64,000 nucleotides of DNA, taken from the NCBI RefSeq assembly GCF_009914755.1, contig NC_060930.1; one strand, 5' to 3'. The position numbers were made by a program, and so were the translations under genes. This document shows, one piece after another, positions 40,124-54,560 of this stretch (position 1 is its first letter; each line of letters begins with the position of its first letter). The notes under the pieces were generated by a model, which made no database searches, had not been told where the DNA came from, and worked only from the letters and a program-made list of their open reading frames with translations. This DNA comes from the human T2T-CHM13v2.0 reference genome, Homo sapiens.

Positions 40124-41051
40124 ACAAATTGTATTGATTTCCTGAAGGCAAACTCGAATTGTTATGAATCCCTTTTCCTTTTCTGAACTGAAAAGTAAAT
40201 CGTTCTTCGTCTTTCTGTGGGTGGGGAATGGTTGAATGTGTTTATGCATAGGCTCTGCAAGATAAATCGCCCGTGGATCTTATCTTCAGAGCCTTCTGAG
40301 TGGAGTCAGAACTTTATCTTGTGGTTTGGGTTTTTCATTCTTGGTAACTTAGTATTATTTTGGGAAAACCTAAGGAAGTGGATAGGCCTGAAAAGCAATC
40401 TTTCCAAACATCTTGATTTGGAGACATGCATACCCCAAAGCTGGGATTCTTGGCAACACCGCAGCAGGGGCACACTGTTACCAGCCAGGAGTCTCCTGCA
40501 GGTTATAAAATACAGCAGAGGATTTCCTCCCTTTTCTGAAAGCCCACTGGGTCAATAGATACTGGGTTAACAGTTTTGAAATATTTATATATAGGGAAAT
40601 CTCCTTAATTTGCACTTCTCAAAGAAGACCTGACATAACTGATTTAAAAGAAAAGTAGAAGTACAAGTTGTAAAAAATAAAAATAAGGCAGGTACCAGAA
40701 TCTTGTAATTAATCTACCCAATTCCTAGTACTTAAGAATTAATATTTAGCAGAGTTTCATTAAAGAGATTTGGTATCAATTGTTTGAAGTACAGGTACCC
40801 TTAAATAGTGCTAAAATACCTCTCTATTCTTACTAATTAAAAAAAAAAAACTATCAAGTTGTTAGTAAGATATTTTATTCCTAGAGATGGGCCTGTGAAA
40901 TAGAATTATCACAGACTCCACATCCTGTTCAAAGTGTTTGAGAAATATTTTCTGGAGAACCTTCACATGATCTCTGTATTCTGAGATGTCCTTGCTTTTC
41001 AAATAGTGGTAAACAGATAATATTTGTTTTTTGTTTTTTAATTACAGGACA

Positions 41052-41603
41052 GGTATTAGTCAGGGTTCTCTAGAGGGGCAGAACTAATAGGATAGATGTA
41101 TATATGAAAGGGAGTTTATTAAGGAGTATTGACTCCCACGGTCACAAGGTGAAGTCTCACAATAGGCCATCTACAAGTTGAGGAGCAAGGAAGCCAGTGG
41201 TGGATCAGTCCAAGTCCCAAAACCTCAAAAGTAGGGAAGTTGACAGTGCAGCCTTCAGTCTGTGGCCAAAGGCCCGAGAGCCCCTGGCAAAGCACTGGTG
41301 TAAGTCCAAGAGTCCAAAAGCTGAAGAACCTGGAGTCCGATGTTTCAGGGCAGGAAACATCCAGCATGAGAGAAAGGTGAAGGATGGAAGACTCAGCAAG
41401 TCTGCCCTTCCATCTTCTCTTGCCAACTTTATTCTAGCTGAGCTGGCAGCTGATTAGATGGTGCCCACCAGATTGAGGGTGGGTCTGCCTCTTCCAGTCA
41501 CTGACTCACATGTTAATCTCCTCTGGCAGCACGCTCACAGACACACCCAGGAACAATGCTTTGCATCCTTCAATCAAGTTGACACTCAGTATTAACCATC
41601 ACA
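41052..41603 (-). mobile_element. MLT2A-type (HERV-L) solo LTR
   Basis: gtattagtcagggttctctagag...ttgacactcagtattaaccatcaca. Confidence 0.9.
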
Positions 41604-42634
41604 AGGTCCTCTTGGAAAATAAATCATGGATGGAATAATAAAGGAAACCACACTTTTGAGCTATCCCTTGTTCTTAGTTGTCACCTGGCTGTAGAAATAT
41701 AGGAGGGGCAGTATATTCCCATGAGTCAGATAAGAAAATGGTAAATTTGGATGCTTCATACGCAAAAGCAGTGTCTCCATCGATCCCTCCATGGGCAGGA
41801 AAGTCACTGCATTGCTTCTGCCCAGAGTCATTCTCCCTCCACTCCACTCTTGAGTTCCCTGTGACCCATCACATCCACCGGCAGGGATGGGAGCAGGGAG
41901 TCTGTGACTGCACACACCCCTTATCTCAGTGGAAGCCAAATGACCCTAAGAAGTATCATCTCCTCAGCGTTGTCCCCATTATCACCCTTGTCTAAAAATG
42001 GTATGCTGTGTTTGAACATTGTTTTAAAAAGGATTTTCTCTAGAAGACATACTGGCCTTTTTAGAAAACAGCTTCTGGCATGCACCAAGATATTTTGTGA
42101 CTCTCAGCTCTTTGAGAAGGCAGTGTGTCTCAGAAAGCCAGCGGTAAAAGCGATGGTTGCTAAGGGAACAATTGAATTGCTGACACTGAGACATGTAATG
42201 TGACTGAAAACTCTTTTTTTCTTCTCCTGCCACATGGAAAAGAAAGCAGATGAGTCAGAGGTAATGGTGGACTGTCCTTTCTGGCTGTTACAGAAGCTGA
42301 AAGGACCTAATAGCCTCTTAGTTAGCCTAAAGGGGAAGAGCCTCCTGGTAATTAAAATTGACAAAAGCTGCTTGCAAGTTGTGGATAAGTTAGTGAAGGC
42401 TGGGGCTGAAACTGTGACTCAGAGTGAGTTGAAAAGAAAAAGAGCCACCTACGAACGAGACTGACATTCGACCATAGCTGATAACAAAATGCAGAAAGCA
42501 CTACCTAGTCATATAGAGATATATGTATCTTTGAACACTGTCTCCTAAATACTTTGAAATATTTTTTAATTGTGTGATTCACTCACTCATCTACCACTCA
42601 ATTGCCATTCGGGGGAGTCCTCTTTTTTCAAACC

Positions 42635-43440
42635 CCTTTTTTGAGGTGTAATTTACATACCTTAAAATTCATCCCTGTAGCTGTATAGTTTAATGATTTT
42701 GGGGGGTAACTTTTTAGAGTTCTACATTCCCCCAATCCAGTTTTAGAACATCTCATCTCGCCAAAATGTTCCCTTTTGCCATTCACAGTCGATCCTTCCT
42801 CTTAGCCCCAAGCAACTACTGATGTGCTTTCTAGTTCTATAGATTTGTATTTTCTAGAAATTTTATCTAAATGGAATCATATGATCTACAGTCTTTTGTG
42901 TCAGGCTTATTTCATTTTGCATAATGTTTTTGCGGTTCATCCATGTTGTACCATGTATTGGTAGTTCATTCTTTCAATGCTGAATAATATTTCATTGTGT
43001 GGATATATCCCATTTTGTACATCCATTCACCAGTAGATGGACATTTGGGTTGTTTTCAGTTTAGAGCGATTATGAATAATGCTCATATGAACATTTATGT
43101 ACAAGTTTTTGTGTAGACATGTTTTCATTTCTTGTGGGTACACAGCTAGGAGTACAATTACTGGGTAATATGTAAGTGTATGCTTAACTTTCTAAGAAAC
43201 TGCCAAACTGCTTTCCAAAGTGGTTTTATCATTTACATTCCCATCAGTAATATGTGAGAGTTCCTGTTCCTCCACATCCTCTATGTTTGGTATTGTCAGT
43301 CTTTTTGATTACAGCCATTCTAATGAGTGTGTAGTAGTATTTTATTGCTGTTTTCTATTGCATAATTCAATTCAATTTCATAACTGTAATGACTAATGGT
43401 GTTGGTTATCTTTTCATGTCCTAAATGTTTCTTATTAAGA
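42635..43440 (-). mobile_element. L1MA/MB 3' fragment
   Basis: aaatggaatcata...ggttcatccatgttgta...agaaactgccaaactgctttccaaagtgg. Confidence 0.85.
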
Positions 43441-43581
43441 AAAATATTTGAAATAATACAATTTTGAAGGGAAAATCTGAAAACCATAAAGCACATGTCT
43501 AAATATTCTCCATCAGAATTTGCAGAACAGTGTTTCTCATTGCAAACTATGTGCATTAGAATTACCCAGAGTGTTTGTTAA

Positions 43582-43842
<261 letters not shown>

Positions 43843-43945
43843 TGAGTCATCTCCCTAGAACCAAGGCGCTTTTGCTAGCTTGGTGACCATTGCACTGACT
43901 GCAGGTTCAAGAATCACTGTCTCAGAGATAAGTAACCCTGTACGA

Positions 43946-44239
43946 CAGGGGTCCCCAACCCCGGGCCGTAATGGCGGTGAGTGGCGGGTGAGCATTACCT
44001 CCTGAGCACTGCCTCCTGCCAGATCAGCACCAGCATTCATTTCTCATAGGAGTGAGAACACTACTGTGAACTGTGCATACAAGGGCTCTAGGCTGTACAC
44101 TCCTTATGAGAATCTAATGCCTGATGATTTGAAGTTGATGATTTTCATCTGGGAACCATCTCCTTCCCCATACCCCATATGTGGAAAAATCATCTTCCAT
44201 GAAACTGGTCCCTGGTGCCAAAAAGGTTGGGGTCCAATG
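43946..44239 (+). mobile_element. MER1B (hAT-Charlie)
   Basis: caggggtccccaacccc...ctccttatgagaatctaatgcctgatgat...ccctggtgccaaaaaggttgggg. Confidence 0.9.
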
Positions 44240-46509
44240 CTATAAAGGATACCTTTGCCCCAAGCGTAATGAACTCAGTGTGTAAACCTTCAGAGAAAAC
44301 CATTTTTCTGACTCTAGGACAAAATGGAATTCATCAGACACAATGTATGTAATCCTTGTGTCCTGGAAGTATAGAAAGAAATGCAACAACTTTGTTCTTC
44401 CCTCCCTTATAAGTGGACTAGAGGAACACAGACCAGAGAATGTATGTAGGCTAAGTGCCCTGAGTTCAAATATGAAAACACAGTCTCAACCAAAATCATG
44501 AAAACACTAGTAATTTTTGACAAGATAACACTGTTTCCAGTGTATTCCCAGAAGCAAGGTTTTAACTTTATCATCAGATCCACTAAAAGCTTATCAGTAA
44601 ATGGCTTCAGTCCTTTCTCTGCAGGACTATGGGTCTAGTGGCCCAAGCTGGATGAAGGCATCTTAATCATGTCACCAGGTCCACAGATATTTATCTGTTA
44701 AGGTTGGCTGACCTAAATGATTTAAAAACTGCTCTTAGACCCAGAGTTCATTATGATCAGTAGGTCGTGCATTATGCATAAGTTTGTAAGTGCTTTTGCT
44801 GTAACACACATAATAAGAACAAAAATCCAAAATGCCATGACCACTACAGGCTTTGGGAGGAGATTTTACTTTGAAAAGAAGGGTTGGTGGCTTAAAGGGA
44901 AACTCTTTGTACCTCATGATGATGGCTCCAAGCAGAAAGTGTTAATAAAACCAGAAGAAAAGGGTTCAAAAGAGCTTGAAGTGGGTTTGGGGCTGGTGGC
45001 CTGGAATCTTAACAAGACACCGCTTTTCTTTCCATAAGAAGTCAGGCTAAAAAGAAATCTTCCCATTTGTACTTCAAACCAGTTTTAAATACATCAGGAA
45101 AAAATACATATACACACAACAAACCTCCCGCCCAGACACCCTTCCCCTGGCTGGTCATTCTATTTGGAGGGTCTGTGGGTGGCATCCTGTGCAGCCGATA
45201 CATCATTGTGCTACTTGCCGTATCTCCAGGGACACACAGAATACTCACACGTGATGACAGGACAGGATGCGGACGCTACCTGTGCTCTTTGGGGGACCAT
45301 TTCCCTACAAATGGCTACTTGGAGGCATTGTGAAGTAGGATTGCTTTGTAGGAACCCAGAAATGCCAACGTTTATGGAATTACCAGGCACAAATTACTTG
45401 GCACTGCAAATTGGAACAATTAGCAAACCTTTGTGATGAAGGAATGCTGAACGTGAAACAACTTGGGAGTAGAATAAAAATGGACCTATTGTTCTTTGAC
45501 TCAACTAAGTGCACATAATATATTCAGTCTGCTTTTGCCAAACCATATATTTATCTCTGCTGTTTGAGAGTGAGAGTGGGACTACTCCCAAGGCCCATTA
45601 GCCCCAGCCCTGGCCCTTACCAACTTGGAATGAAAGGAACAAGCAGTTCCTTCAAATGGATGAGAACTAGCTCCATTGCACAATATCTTGTACACAAGTC
45701 AAATGATGCCAATAACATTAGGTTAGTTTTTGTAATGGCCACAGATTTTTATAGAAATCCGTGATAGAGAAATGGGCCATCTGAAATAATGCCATTTAGT
45801 AATGTGACTTTTTCCCCTTTTAGATAAGTCCAAATTATGGACATACTGTTCCCTGTATTTGCCCAGATGGTAAACGAGACATGTTGGTTGGAAGTGAGCT
45901 TTAAAATTGGCACATAATTAGAATCTCTGTCCTACTAAAATAAAAATATCGAGTAGCTTGTTAATACTTTAACATTTTCTAACGACCACAAAACCTTCTT
46001 CTGGCTTGTCTCTATCTATATTATTTTTAAATGTCACCTGTAGAATTATTGATGACCACCCTCTGGGGGGATGAGTAACCAGTGACTTAAAGCTGCTGTC
46101 AGAGTTTGAAAACACTGTAAAGATCATCTTGACCTCTCTTCCCTTCCTGCAGGTCAGGCGAACCCTCATCTTCTGACTTCTTGTCCAGGCCTCACCCTAT
46201 GTTATAGGGTCTTAAGTATGTGCAAAGAATGATATTTGAGAGCTGAGCGAGGCTGCACAGCCTTTTGTGTCATTCAACAGCGAGGGACTTCGTTTGGGCA
46301 TTGTTTTGTTCTGTTACCTCTTTCCTTGTCTCTCTCTTATGCTCTGCATTTTTTTTTCCTTTGAAAGTTATTTTTGCTATAACACAAATATTCTCTTTTG
46401 TCCCTCAAACTTTTCTAATTCTTGGCAGTCCTCTTGGTATTTATGTTTATAAAGTCATTTCTGTTTCAATTGTGGACTCCTTTCATGTTAAGACTCTCAA
46501 AATTAAAAA

Positions 46510-46930
46510 AAAAAATTTGGTAACTTTAAAATTTTGAACTCATTTCAGAATTCCTGAAAAGCTGCAAAAATAATACAAAGAATTCCCACATGCTCTGTAC
46601 CCAGGTTCTCCAACAGTTGATTTCCCCATTTGCTCTATCATTTTCTCTCCATGTGTATCTACATTATTAGTTTTGTGTCTGAATGATTTCAAAGTAAGTT
46701 ATAGCACGATGCTGCTTTACTCGTACATACTTCAGTGTATCTCACGATAAAAAGTATTGCACTTCAGTGCTGAAAAAAGAAAAAGGAGATAAGCAAAAGA
46801 AGGTAATTAAAATCCATCTGGAATCTCACCACCCAGAAATAAACATTTTGCTGTCTATTCTTCCACTTCTTTTCCATGCATATATTCACATTTCTTATAC
46901 AAATGTGATATTGTACATGCAATCTTGAGC
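46510..46930 (-). mobile_element. L1MC/ME-type fragments
   Basis: gaaaagctgcaaaaataatacaaagaattccc; aatctcaccacccagaaataaac. Confidence 0.6.
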
Positions 46931-46939
46931 CCTGCTGTT

Positions 46940-47660
46940 AGAGGCAGCATAGTGGGGTGGAAGAGCTCTGGTTCTGGAGTCACTCTGGGTTCAGATCCTG
47001 AGTGTACCACTCACTAGCTGTGTTCGTTTCCTGTGGCTCCCCTAACAAGTTACCACAAACCAGGTGGCTTAAAACAACAGAAATTTAATCTCATAGTTCA
47101 GGAGGCCAGAAGTGTAAGATCCAAGTGCTGGCAGAGTTGGTTCTTATTGGAGCGTCTGAGAGTGAGTCTGTCCCCTGCCTGTCTCCTGGCTTCCGATGAC
47201 TGCTGGCAACCTTTTACATTCCTTGGCTTGGAAGCACGTGACTCCAATTTCTCTTCCATCTTCACATGGACTTCTACCCTGTGTCTCTGTGTTTCTCTAG
47301 TCGCTCTTTCCTTTGTCACATAAGGACACCAGTCATTGAGTTTAGGGCCCACCCTAAATCTAGGGCGATTTCATCTCAAGATCTTTAACAAGTTATATCT
47401 GGAAAGACCCCCATTTCCAAATAAGGTCACATTCTGGGTTGTGGGTGGATATGGATTTGGGGGAGGGGAGCCGTTGTTTATCTTGCTACCCTGGCTTTGT
47501 GTCCATGGACAAGGAACTTTACTTCTCTGAGTACTTTACACTCTAAGTGTAATTTCCCCAGGGTATTTTAAGGATTAAATGTGATAATAATACACATAAA
47601 GCAATTAATAACACCTAGCACATAGTAAGCATTCAATAAATGCTAGTTATTGACTATGGC
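46940..47660 (+). mobile_element. MIR split by an MLT1 LTR
   Basis: gaggcagcatagtgg...cactcactagctg, resuming about 47490 with aaggattaaatgtgataa...cattcaataaatgctag. Confidence 0.7.
47019..47488 (-). mobile_element. MLT1B/C-type MaLR LTR
   Basis: aacaagttaccacaaac...ggcttaaaacaacagaaattt...tttccaaataaggtcacattctg. Confidence 0.85.
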
Positions 47661-47787
47661 AATAATACAGTTAACATCATTTATTTGACCAATAGCCTAT
47701 TGATTATTTAGGAGTTTTTTTTTTTCCATTTTTGTTATTATAGACAAGCTCCTAGTGGGCACTCTTGTGACTATACAATGTTTTTTA

Positions 47788-48143
<356 letters not shown>

Positions 48144-48807
48144 ATTCCTTTTTGCACTGCATGGTTTGATGATTGGCTTTTGTTGCCCAATTTGTGAAAT
48201 TATCTTTTGCACAGCAGTCTGGAGATCCAGCTTAGATTTCCCCAAATTGTCATTCCTGGAAACACACATTATGCTGAAGGTCTGAGAATGCCAGTGCTTG
48301 TTCACCAGCTGATTCTCCTGATGGTAACTCACAGAGGCCCGAGAGATGGGACAATGGCGTATCACGGGGAACCAAGGCCGGGCAGGCACAGGAGAGGTGC
48401 CTGATCTGAAACAAAGTCACTGGATTTTGCAAAGCAGTTTTGAACACTCAGGTAGACGGTAAACCACAACAACCGTGGCAGGAAAACAGCCCACCACAAA
48501 TAAAAGCCTAAAACCCCAGCTGACTCTGTTCATGCCTTAATAAGAAATTGCTCAGCAGTTCAAATGCCCTGGTTCAAAGCCCTCCCTACAAGGCGAGGAA
48601 CCTGAGGCCATTGTTCCGGGTAACCCTCAGGCCATGGGTGATTCTGAACAGATTGCACAAGGGCACAGGGTGTTTTAGAGACGCCTTCATCTTTGTCAGT
48701 CCTGAACCCTCCCTCTTCCTTCTGCTCAGCCCAGAGGTGCTGTGGGATGAGTAGAAAAAGGAAAGGGCCCTAGTGTTCCCAGCTGAAGTCAGAGGACTTC
48801 GGTTTCC

Positions 48808-49147
<340 letters not shown>

Positions 49148-50352
49148 GGTTTCCAATTTTAATTTTGCTTTTTATCATATCAGAATGAAGAGAGTTCCAT
49201 CCAAATGCACCAGCAAACCAGGTCATAAAGGAGATGACAGAAGGCACCTGTGCACTAAGGCAGTGGCACATGACAGTAACATTTCCTTCTGCAGCAAATA
49301 CATGAACCTTTAGTCAGCTTGTTTTGACCACAGTTAGAAAATATTACCAGTGTAGTGACCACAAATGGTATTTGAAAACATCACGACGGTTTGGAGATCC
49401 ACCTCCCACATATTTATACAGCCTGTCCTCCACCTCCTACATAAAACTACTTTTCTTTTGTTTGACATTCTTTTTTGAAATAACGTTTGAAATCGTTCAA
49501 AGTCATGAACTTGGAGGTGAGTAGGTCTAGCTGAAAATCTATATTTAGCTTTGCAGCAGGCTTGTAAAAACTTGTTTTTATTTTGATTGTTGTGGGTTTG
49601 CACCCCTGGAGTTTCATTTTGACTTTTAGGGTTAAGTAAGTTTCAAAATGAAATGCATCCAGTTGTCAAATTTTCCCCCAGGTTTTAAGTTTTAAAACGG
49701 AGGTCTCTCTTATTTCGTATTAGTTTTTTTCCCCTAAATTCCTCTCCTCTCCCTCTGGTACCCTGATAATCTCCTTCCTCCTATAAGTGTAATCCTTTTC
49801 TCTTGCCTCCTTATTACCTTGGGAAACAATAAGTAGAGGCCAGAGGAACACCCTTGTTTTAGGTGTCAAAGAGCTGAGCTCATATTCTTGCTACTGGGTG
49901 GTGAAGGAAACTTGAGATTGCTGCCTCAGTTTCCCCTTTGGAAAAAGGGGATGCAAATAAGAGCTCCCCTCTATTTCTTAAAGGTGCCATGACTGGAAAA
50001 CCAAGTTGAACTTGACTGAAAATTAAGGAACAACATTCCTCCTAAGTACAAACTGTCACGATGGTGAAGGATTCATTACCCAATGACTTCCATAAGTATT
50101 TGCAGCCTCAGGCCCTGGCACTGGAAGCTACAAATAGGATTCCTGCTACCCAAGGAAGGTATAGCCTCAGATAGGTAGGTACTCTGATTGGCAAAGAGAA
50201 GAATAAATTATTAAGCCAGTCTGCGAAGCCATAATAAGGTGAATGAGCTAATGGCACTCTATATTTCTTCCATTATCACATTGTATAGGGACTTTTTAAA
50301 TGTCTGTTAAACATGAGGCAAGATGTTTCATAAACTAAAGCTACATTCAGCT

Positions 50353-50815
50353 TGTATTCATTTCGTATTGCTGTCGTAACAAGTTACCATAAACACAGTG
50401 ACTTTAAGTACACACAAATTCACTATCTTATGGTTCACACAAATTCACTATCTTACGGTTCTGGAAGTTGGAATTCCAAGATCAGTTTTACTGGGTCAAA
50501 ATCAAGGTGTTAGCAGGGCTGTGTTCCTTCTGGAGGCTCCAGAGGAGAATCTGTGTCCTGGCCTTTCCCAGGGGCTACAGGCTGCCTGTATTCCTTGGAT
50601 CGTGGTCCTCAGCTCTCTAACCCATATTCCTGCCTCCCTCTCAGAAGAATCTTTGTGATTACATCAGGCCTGCCTGGATAATCCAGGATAATTGTCTCAT
50701 CTCAAGATCCTTAACCCAATCACACTTGCAAAATCCCTTTTGCCATGTAAGCTAACATATTCAGAGGTTCTGGGGATTGAGATATAAACATCTTTGGAGG
50801 ACTCAATATTCAGCC
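50353..50815 (-). mobile_element. MLT1C/D-type MaLR LTR with a 25-bp tandem duplication (50411-50460)
   Basis: tgtattcatttcgtattgctgtcgtaacaagttacc...aaaatcccttttgccatgtaag. Confidence 0.85.
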
Positions 50816-51779
50816 TAGACAAGCTATGAAAGCATGGACTTGATCTGCCTTGCTCACTGTTGATCCTAGTACTTGGCACAAACCTTCTTCATAGTAGGCA
50901 CTTGATTAATGTAAATAGAATGAATGAAAGGAATAGATTATGTCTGGTTTTGGCAGTTCGGTACATTAGATGCTTATTGTGTACCTACTATGAGCCACAC
51001 CCATAGGGGTGCAGAGCTGTCCTGGAGCATACAGTCTGACTGGCAGACAGTCAAGGAGAAAACTGAAACAAGTAAAAGTAAATCCTGGTGTCCAGAAGCC
51101 CAGGAGAGCCAGGGCGTCATAACAATTCTGTTTGCACTCTTGGAATTTCTTTCTGTACCGGTTGGCTGCTGCCTTCTCTAAGAATTCTTTGAACACATCC
51201 CCTTGGCAAATGTGATTAATGATATTTAGATTTATTTACTTCTGTTTTTTTTTTTTTTTCTGATGTGCTAAGGGTCTGTACTGGAGAATCATTAAAAGAA
51301 TTAACAATTAAGTTTCTGCAGAACCTCCTCATCCCCACCCTCTGCCCAGCATAGGGAAAGCTCAGGTGGCTGGAAGGAGGTCAGAACCAAAGTTCAGAAA
51401 TACAGAAAAGCTTAAAGGGATTTCCTGAGCTAGCCTGGGAACCTAAGCACTGTCATTCACTGGTTTTAAGTGTGAATGTGTTTCAAATTTCAAATAGTAG
51501 CAATACACTTGGCATTTCAGAACATAACTGCTAGCAAGTTATATGCTGCCTGCTTGTGCACCAAGGTCCAAAAACTGCTTCTCTGTGTTTCAATTGAAGA
51601 TGACTCAGGTGAATTACAGAACACCACATGGTTGAAATTCCTTTTATATGTGGTCTTCTGGGTTTCAGAAGGGCTGTCCACATGCAGGCCTTCTAAAGAG
51701 CCAACCACCAGTTTCCTGTATACCCCAGCCTTGGGGCTTTTTGCCATCTCTCTGCTTTGTTATTAAACAGTCAGAAGTG

Positions 51780-52071
<292 letters not shown>

Positions 52072-52664
52072 GTTAACAGTGAGAAATGGAGTCCCCTTTG
52101 TCTGGACGGGGAGCGGCTGGCTGGGAGGAGGATGTCAATGGGAGACCGAGGGGAGACAGCTGCAGAGACTGCAGCAGCCTTGGAGGGCAGGACAGAGGTG
52201 GACGTGGGAGCACTAGTGGACAGGCCATGTGTACATGGAGGATACTCAAAAGGCAAGGACTGCCTGACACTTGCAAACCCGCACCACCCCCCTCCTGCCT
52301 CTAGGGTGCCAGGCTCTTGAAGAAATATATACTTACCCATTTTTGAAAGGTTGACGGGTCTTCTGAGCGTTTGAAGGGGTATTTTCTGTTGTTCAATTGT
52401 GAACATATTTGGTTGCAGTTTTGAAGGCTTTTCCTCTAGAACTTTTCATGTCCTATTAGCTGATAACACTCCTGAGCATGAATGTCTCTGTGCTACTGCC
52501 CTCTAGGTGTGTTGGAAAAAATAGAGTGCTAATCCCACGCACCTGCTTTCAATTCGGCCCACATGAGTCTGGTGCCAGAGGTTTGTTCACTCTGAATATT
52601 TCTACGCAATCTTCAAAACCTGCATTTTTTTACGCTAACACATCTCTGCTGTCAGCATCTTAAT

Positions 52665-52666
<2 letters not shown>

Positions 52667-52712
<46 letters not shown>
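52667..52712. repeat. (AC)23 microsatellite
   Basis: Pure AC run. Confidence 0.98.
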
Positions 52713-52715
<3 letters not shown>

Positions 52716-52777
52716 GGGGCTCCATAGTCCTACCATTTGTGTTCTCAAAGGGAAGAGTTGGCGAGGGTGAGCTAGGA

Positions 52778-52796
52778 TGACCACTAGATGACAGTA
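52778..52796 (+). promoter_or_regulatory. CTCF motif (forward)
   Basis: TGACCACTAGATGACAGTA matches the CTCF core CCAC[C/T]AG[A/G][G/T]GGC[A/G]G with one mismatch. Confidence 0.55.
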
Positions 52797-52899
52797 TATA
52801 AAACACCTCTTAGGTGCTCAGGTGAACGAAGTTTGAATACTGCCCAGAGCTGCGATTCCCAGATTCTGATCTGTAAAATTTTTTAAAAAGGAAAAGAAG

Positions 52900-53200
52900 G
52901 CCCAGTGCCTGTAATACCAGCACTTTGGGAGGTTAAAGTGGAATAATTGCTTGAGTACAATTCGAGACCAGTCATAGTGAGACCCCATCTCTACAAAAAA
53001 GAAAAAATTAGCCAGGTGTGGTGGCACACACCTGTAGGCCCAGCTTCTTGGGAGGCTGAGGTGGGAGGATTGATTGAGCCTGGAGGTTGTGGCTGCAGTG
53101 AGCCGTGATCACACTGCGTGGGCAACAAAACAAGACTCTGGGCATTCCAGCTTGGGCAACGAAATGACACCCTGCCTTAAAAAAAGAAAAAGAAAACGAA
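52900..53200 (+). mobile_element. Rearranged AluJ
   Basis: 5' deletions; 3' end motif gggcaac...gac[t/a]c present twice. Confidence 0.85.
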
Positions 53201-53610
53201 AACAGGAGAGAGCCATTGGCTTGCCAAGTTTTTATCTTGCCAGGGGACATCATTAGATATAAATCAACTTCCATTCCTCCCTAAGAGAAACATTTTAGTC
53301 ATGAAGAAATAGGAAGGACAGAATCTCAAAACAAGAAATTATCTTGTAAATCTCAAAGTAGCTTTATGAAAAACTTACCACATTGTTCTTTTGTGCTCAT
53401 TTTGATGCAGACCAGTGAAAGAATCATCATGAACAAGCATTTGGGAAATAAACCTAGAGGAAGATTTATAATTCCAGGTTGTGTTTCCATGAGTGGAATT
53501 AAGATAATCGATCTTGCACTATGTTATCTTCAAAATGAATCTAAGAGCTAAGTAAAGTTTCAATCCAGAGACACAAAGAAGAAACAGGGGTTGACATTTG
53601 ATAAAACTCA

Positions 53611-53972
53611 TGCTATAGTCTGAATGTCCCCCAAATTCATGTGTTGAAACTTAATCTGCACTGCATTGTCTTAAGAGGTGGGGCCTTTGGGAAGTGTTTA
53701 AGTAGTGAGGGCTCCACCCTCATGAAGGGTTTAGTGCCTTGTAAGAGGGTTGGAAGGAGCCAGCTTAGACTCCTCTGTTGCTCTTCCACCAGGTGACAAC
53801 ACCTAGATGGCCTCATCTATGAGGAAGGAATGAGCCTTCATCAGACACTGAACCTGCCAGCACCTTGATCTTGGACTTCCTAACCTCCAGAACTGGGAGA
53901 AATAAATTCCTTTTCTTTATAAATTACCCAGTCTCAGGTATTTTGTTATAGCAGCCGAAATGGACTAGGACA
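53611..53972 (+). mobile_element. MSTC/D or MLT1A-type MaLR solo LTR
   Basis: tgctatagtctgaatgtccccc...aaattacccagtctcaggtattttgttatagcagc...ggactaggaca. Confidence 0.85.
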
Positions 53973-54359
53973 CTCACTAAGATGAGGCAAGCACACAGGA
54001 ATCGCTGCATATGTACTGGGTGTGTTGCTGAGCCACCCCTCCCCCCGCTTCATCTGGGCCATCTCAGCCTTCTGTTTGTCAGGAACAAAACTGATGATTG
54101 CTAAGCCTCCTTGGCCCTAGGGATGGGGCTGTTGAGCTGAACCTCCGCTGAACCAGGCCTGTAGGAACTGCATTCAGGTCCCAGGCTGGTAGGGAGGGTC
54201 AGCTCAGGCTCTCCCTCCTGCCATCTTGCTTGACCTCACCAAAGAATTCTGAACCAGAACATGGGTGTGCAACCTTCTGTGGCAGAGATGGGAGAAGTGA
54301 GATGCTATGCCCTGTTAAACAATGTGCTAAACACTAATATCACGAGTCAAATTCTAACT

Positions 54360-54560
54360 TTCAATTAGAGAGCCCTGATTTCAAATTCTGGGGCTTGGGC
54401 AAGTCACTTCACCTTTCTAATATTCAGCCTTCTTGTTTGAAAATAGGGCCATTCGTAACACCTACCTCTCATAGCCATTGTGAGATTAAATGAGGTAATC
54501 TACATAAAGTATATAATGTAGCACTTACTGTGTGTTCAATGTGCATTAACTAATATTAAT
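54360..54560 (+). mobile_element. MIR
   Basis: ttgggcaagtcacttcacctttct...acctacctctcatag...gagattaaatgagg. Confidence 0.75.

Noticed and set aside
46153-46215. Possible 63-nt exon (cccttcctgcag ... AA|gtatgt)
   Set aside because: Splice-like signals are common; no partner exons or coding similarity, so unsupported without RNA data
53780-53815. CTCF-like ccaccaggtgaca and acctagatggcc
   Set aside because: Weaker matches inside a MaLR LTR
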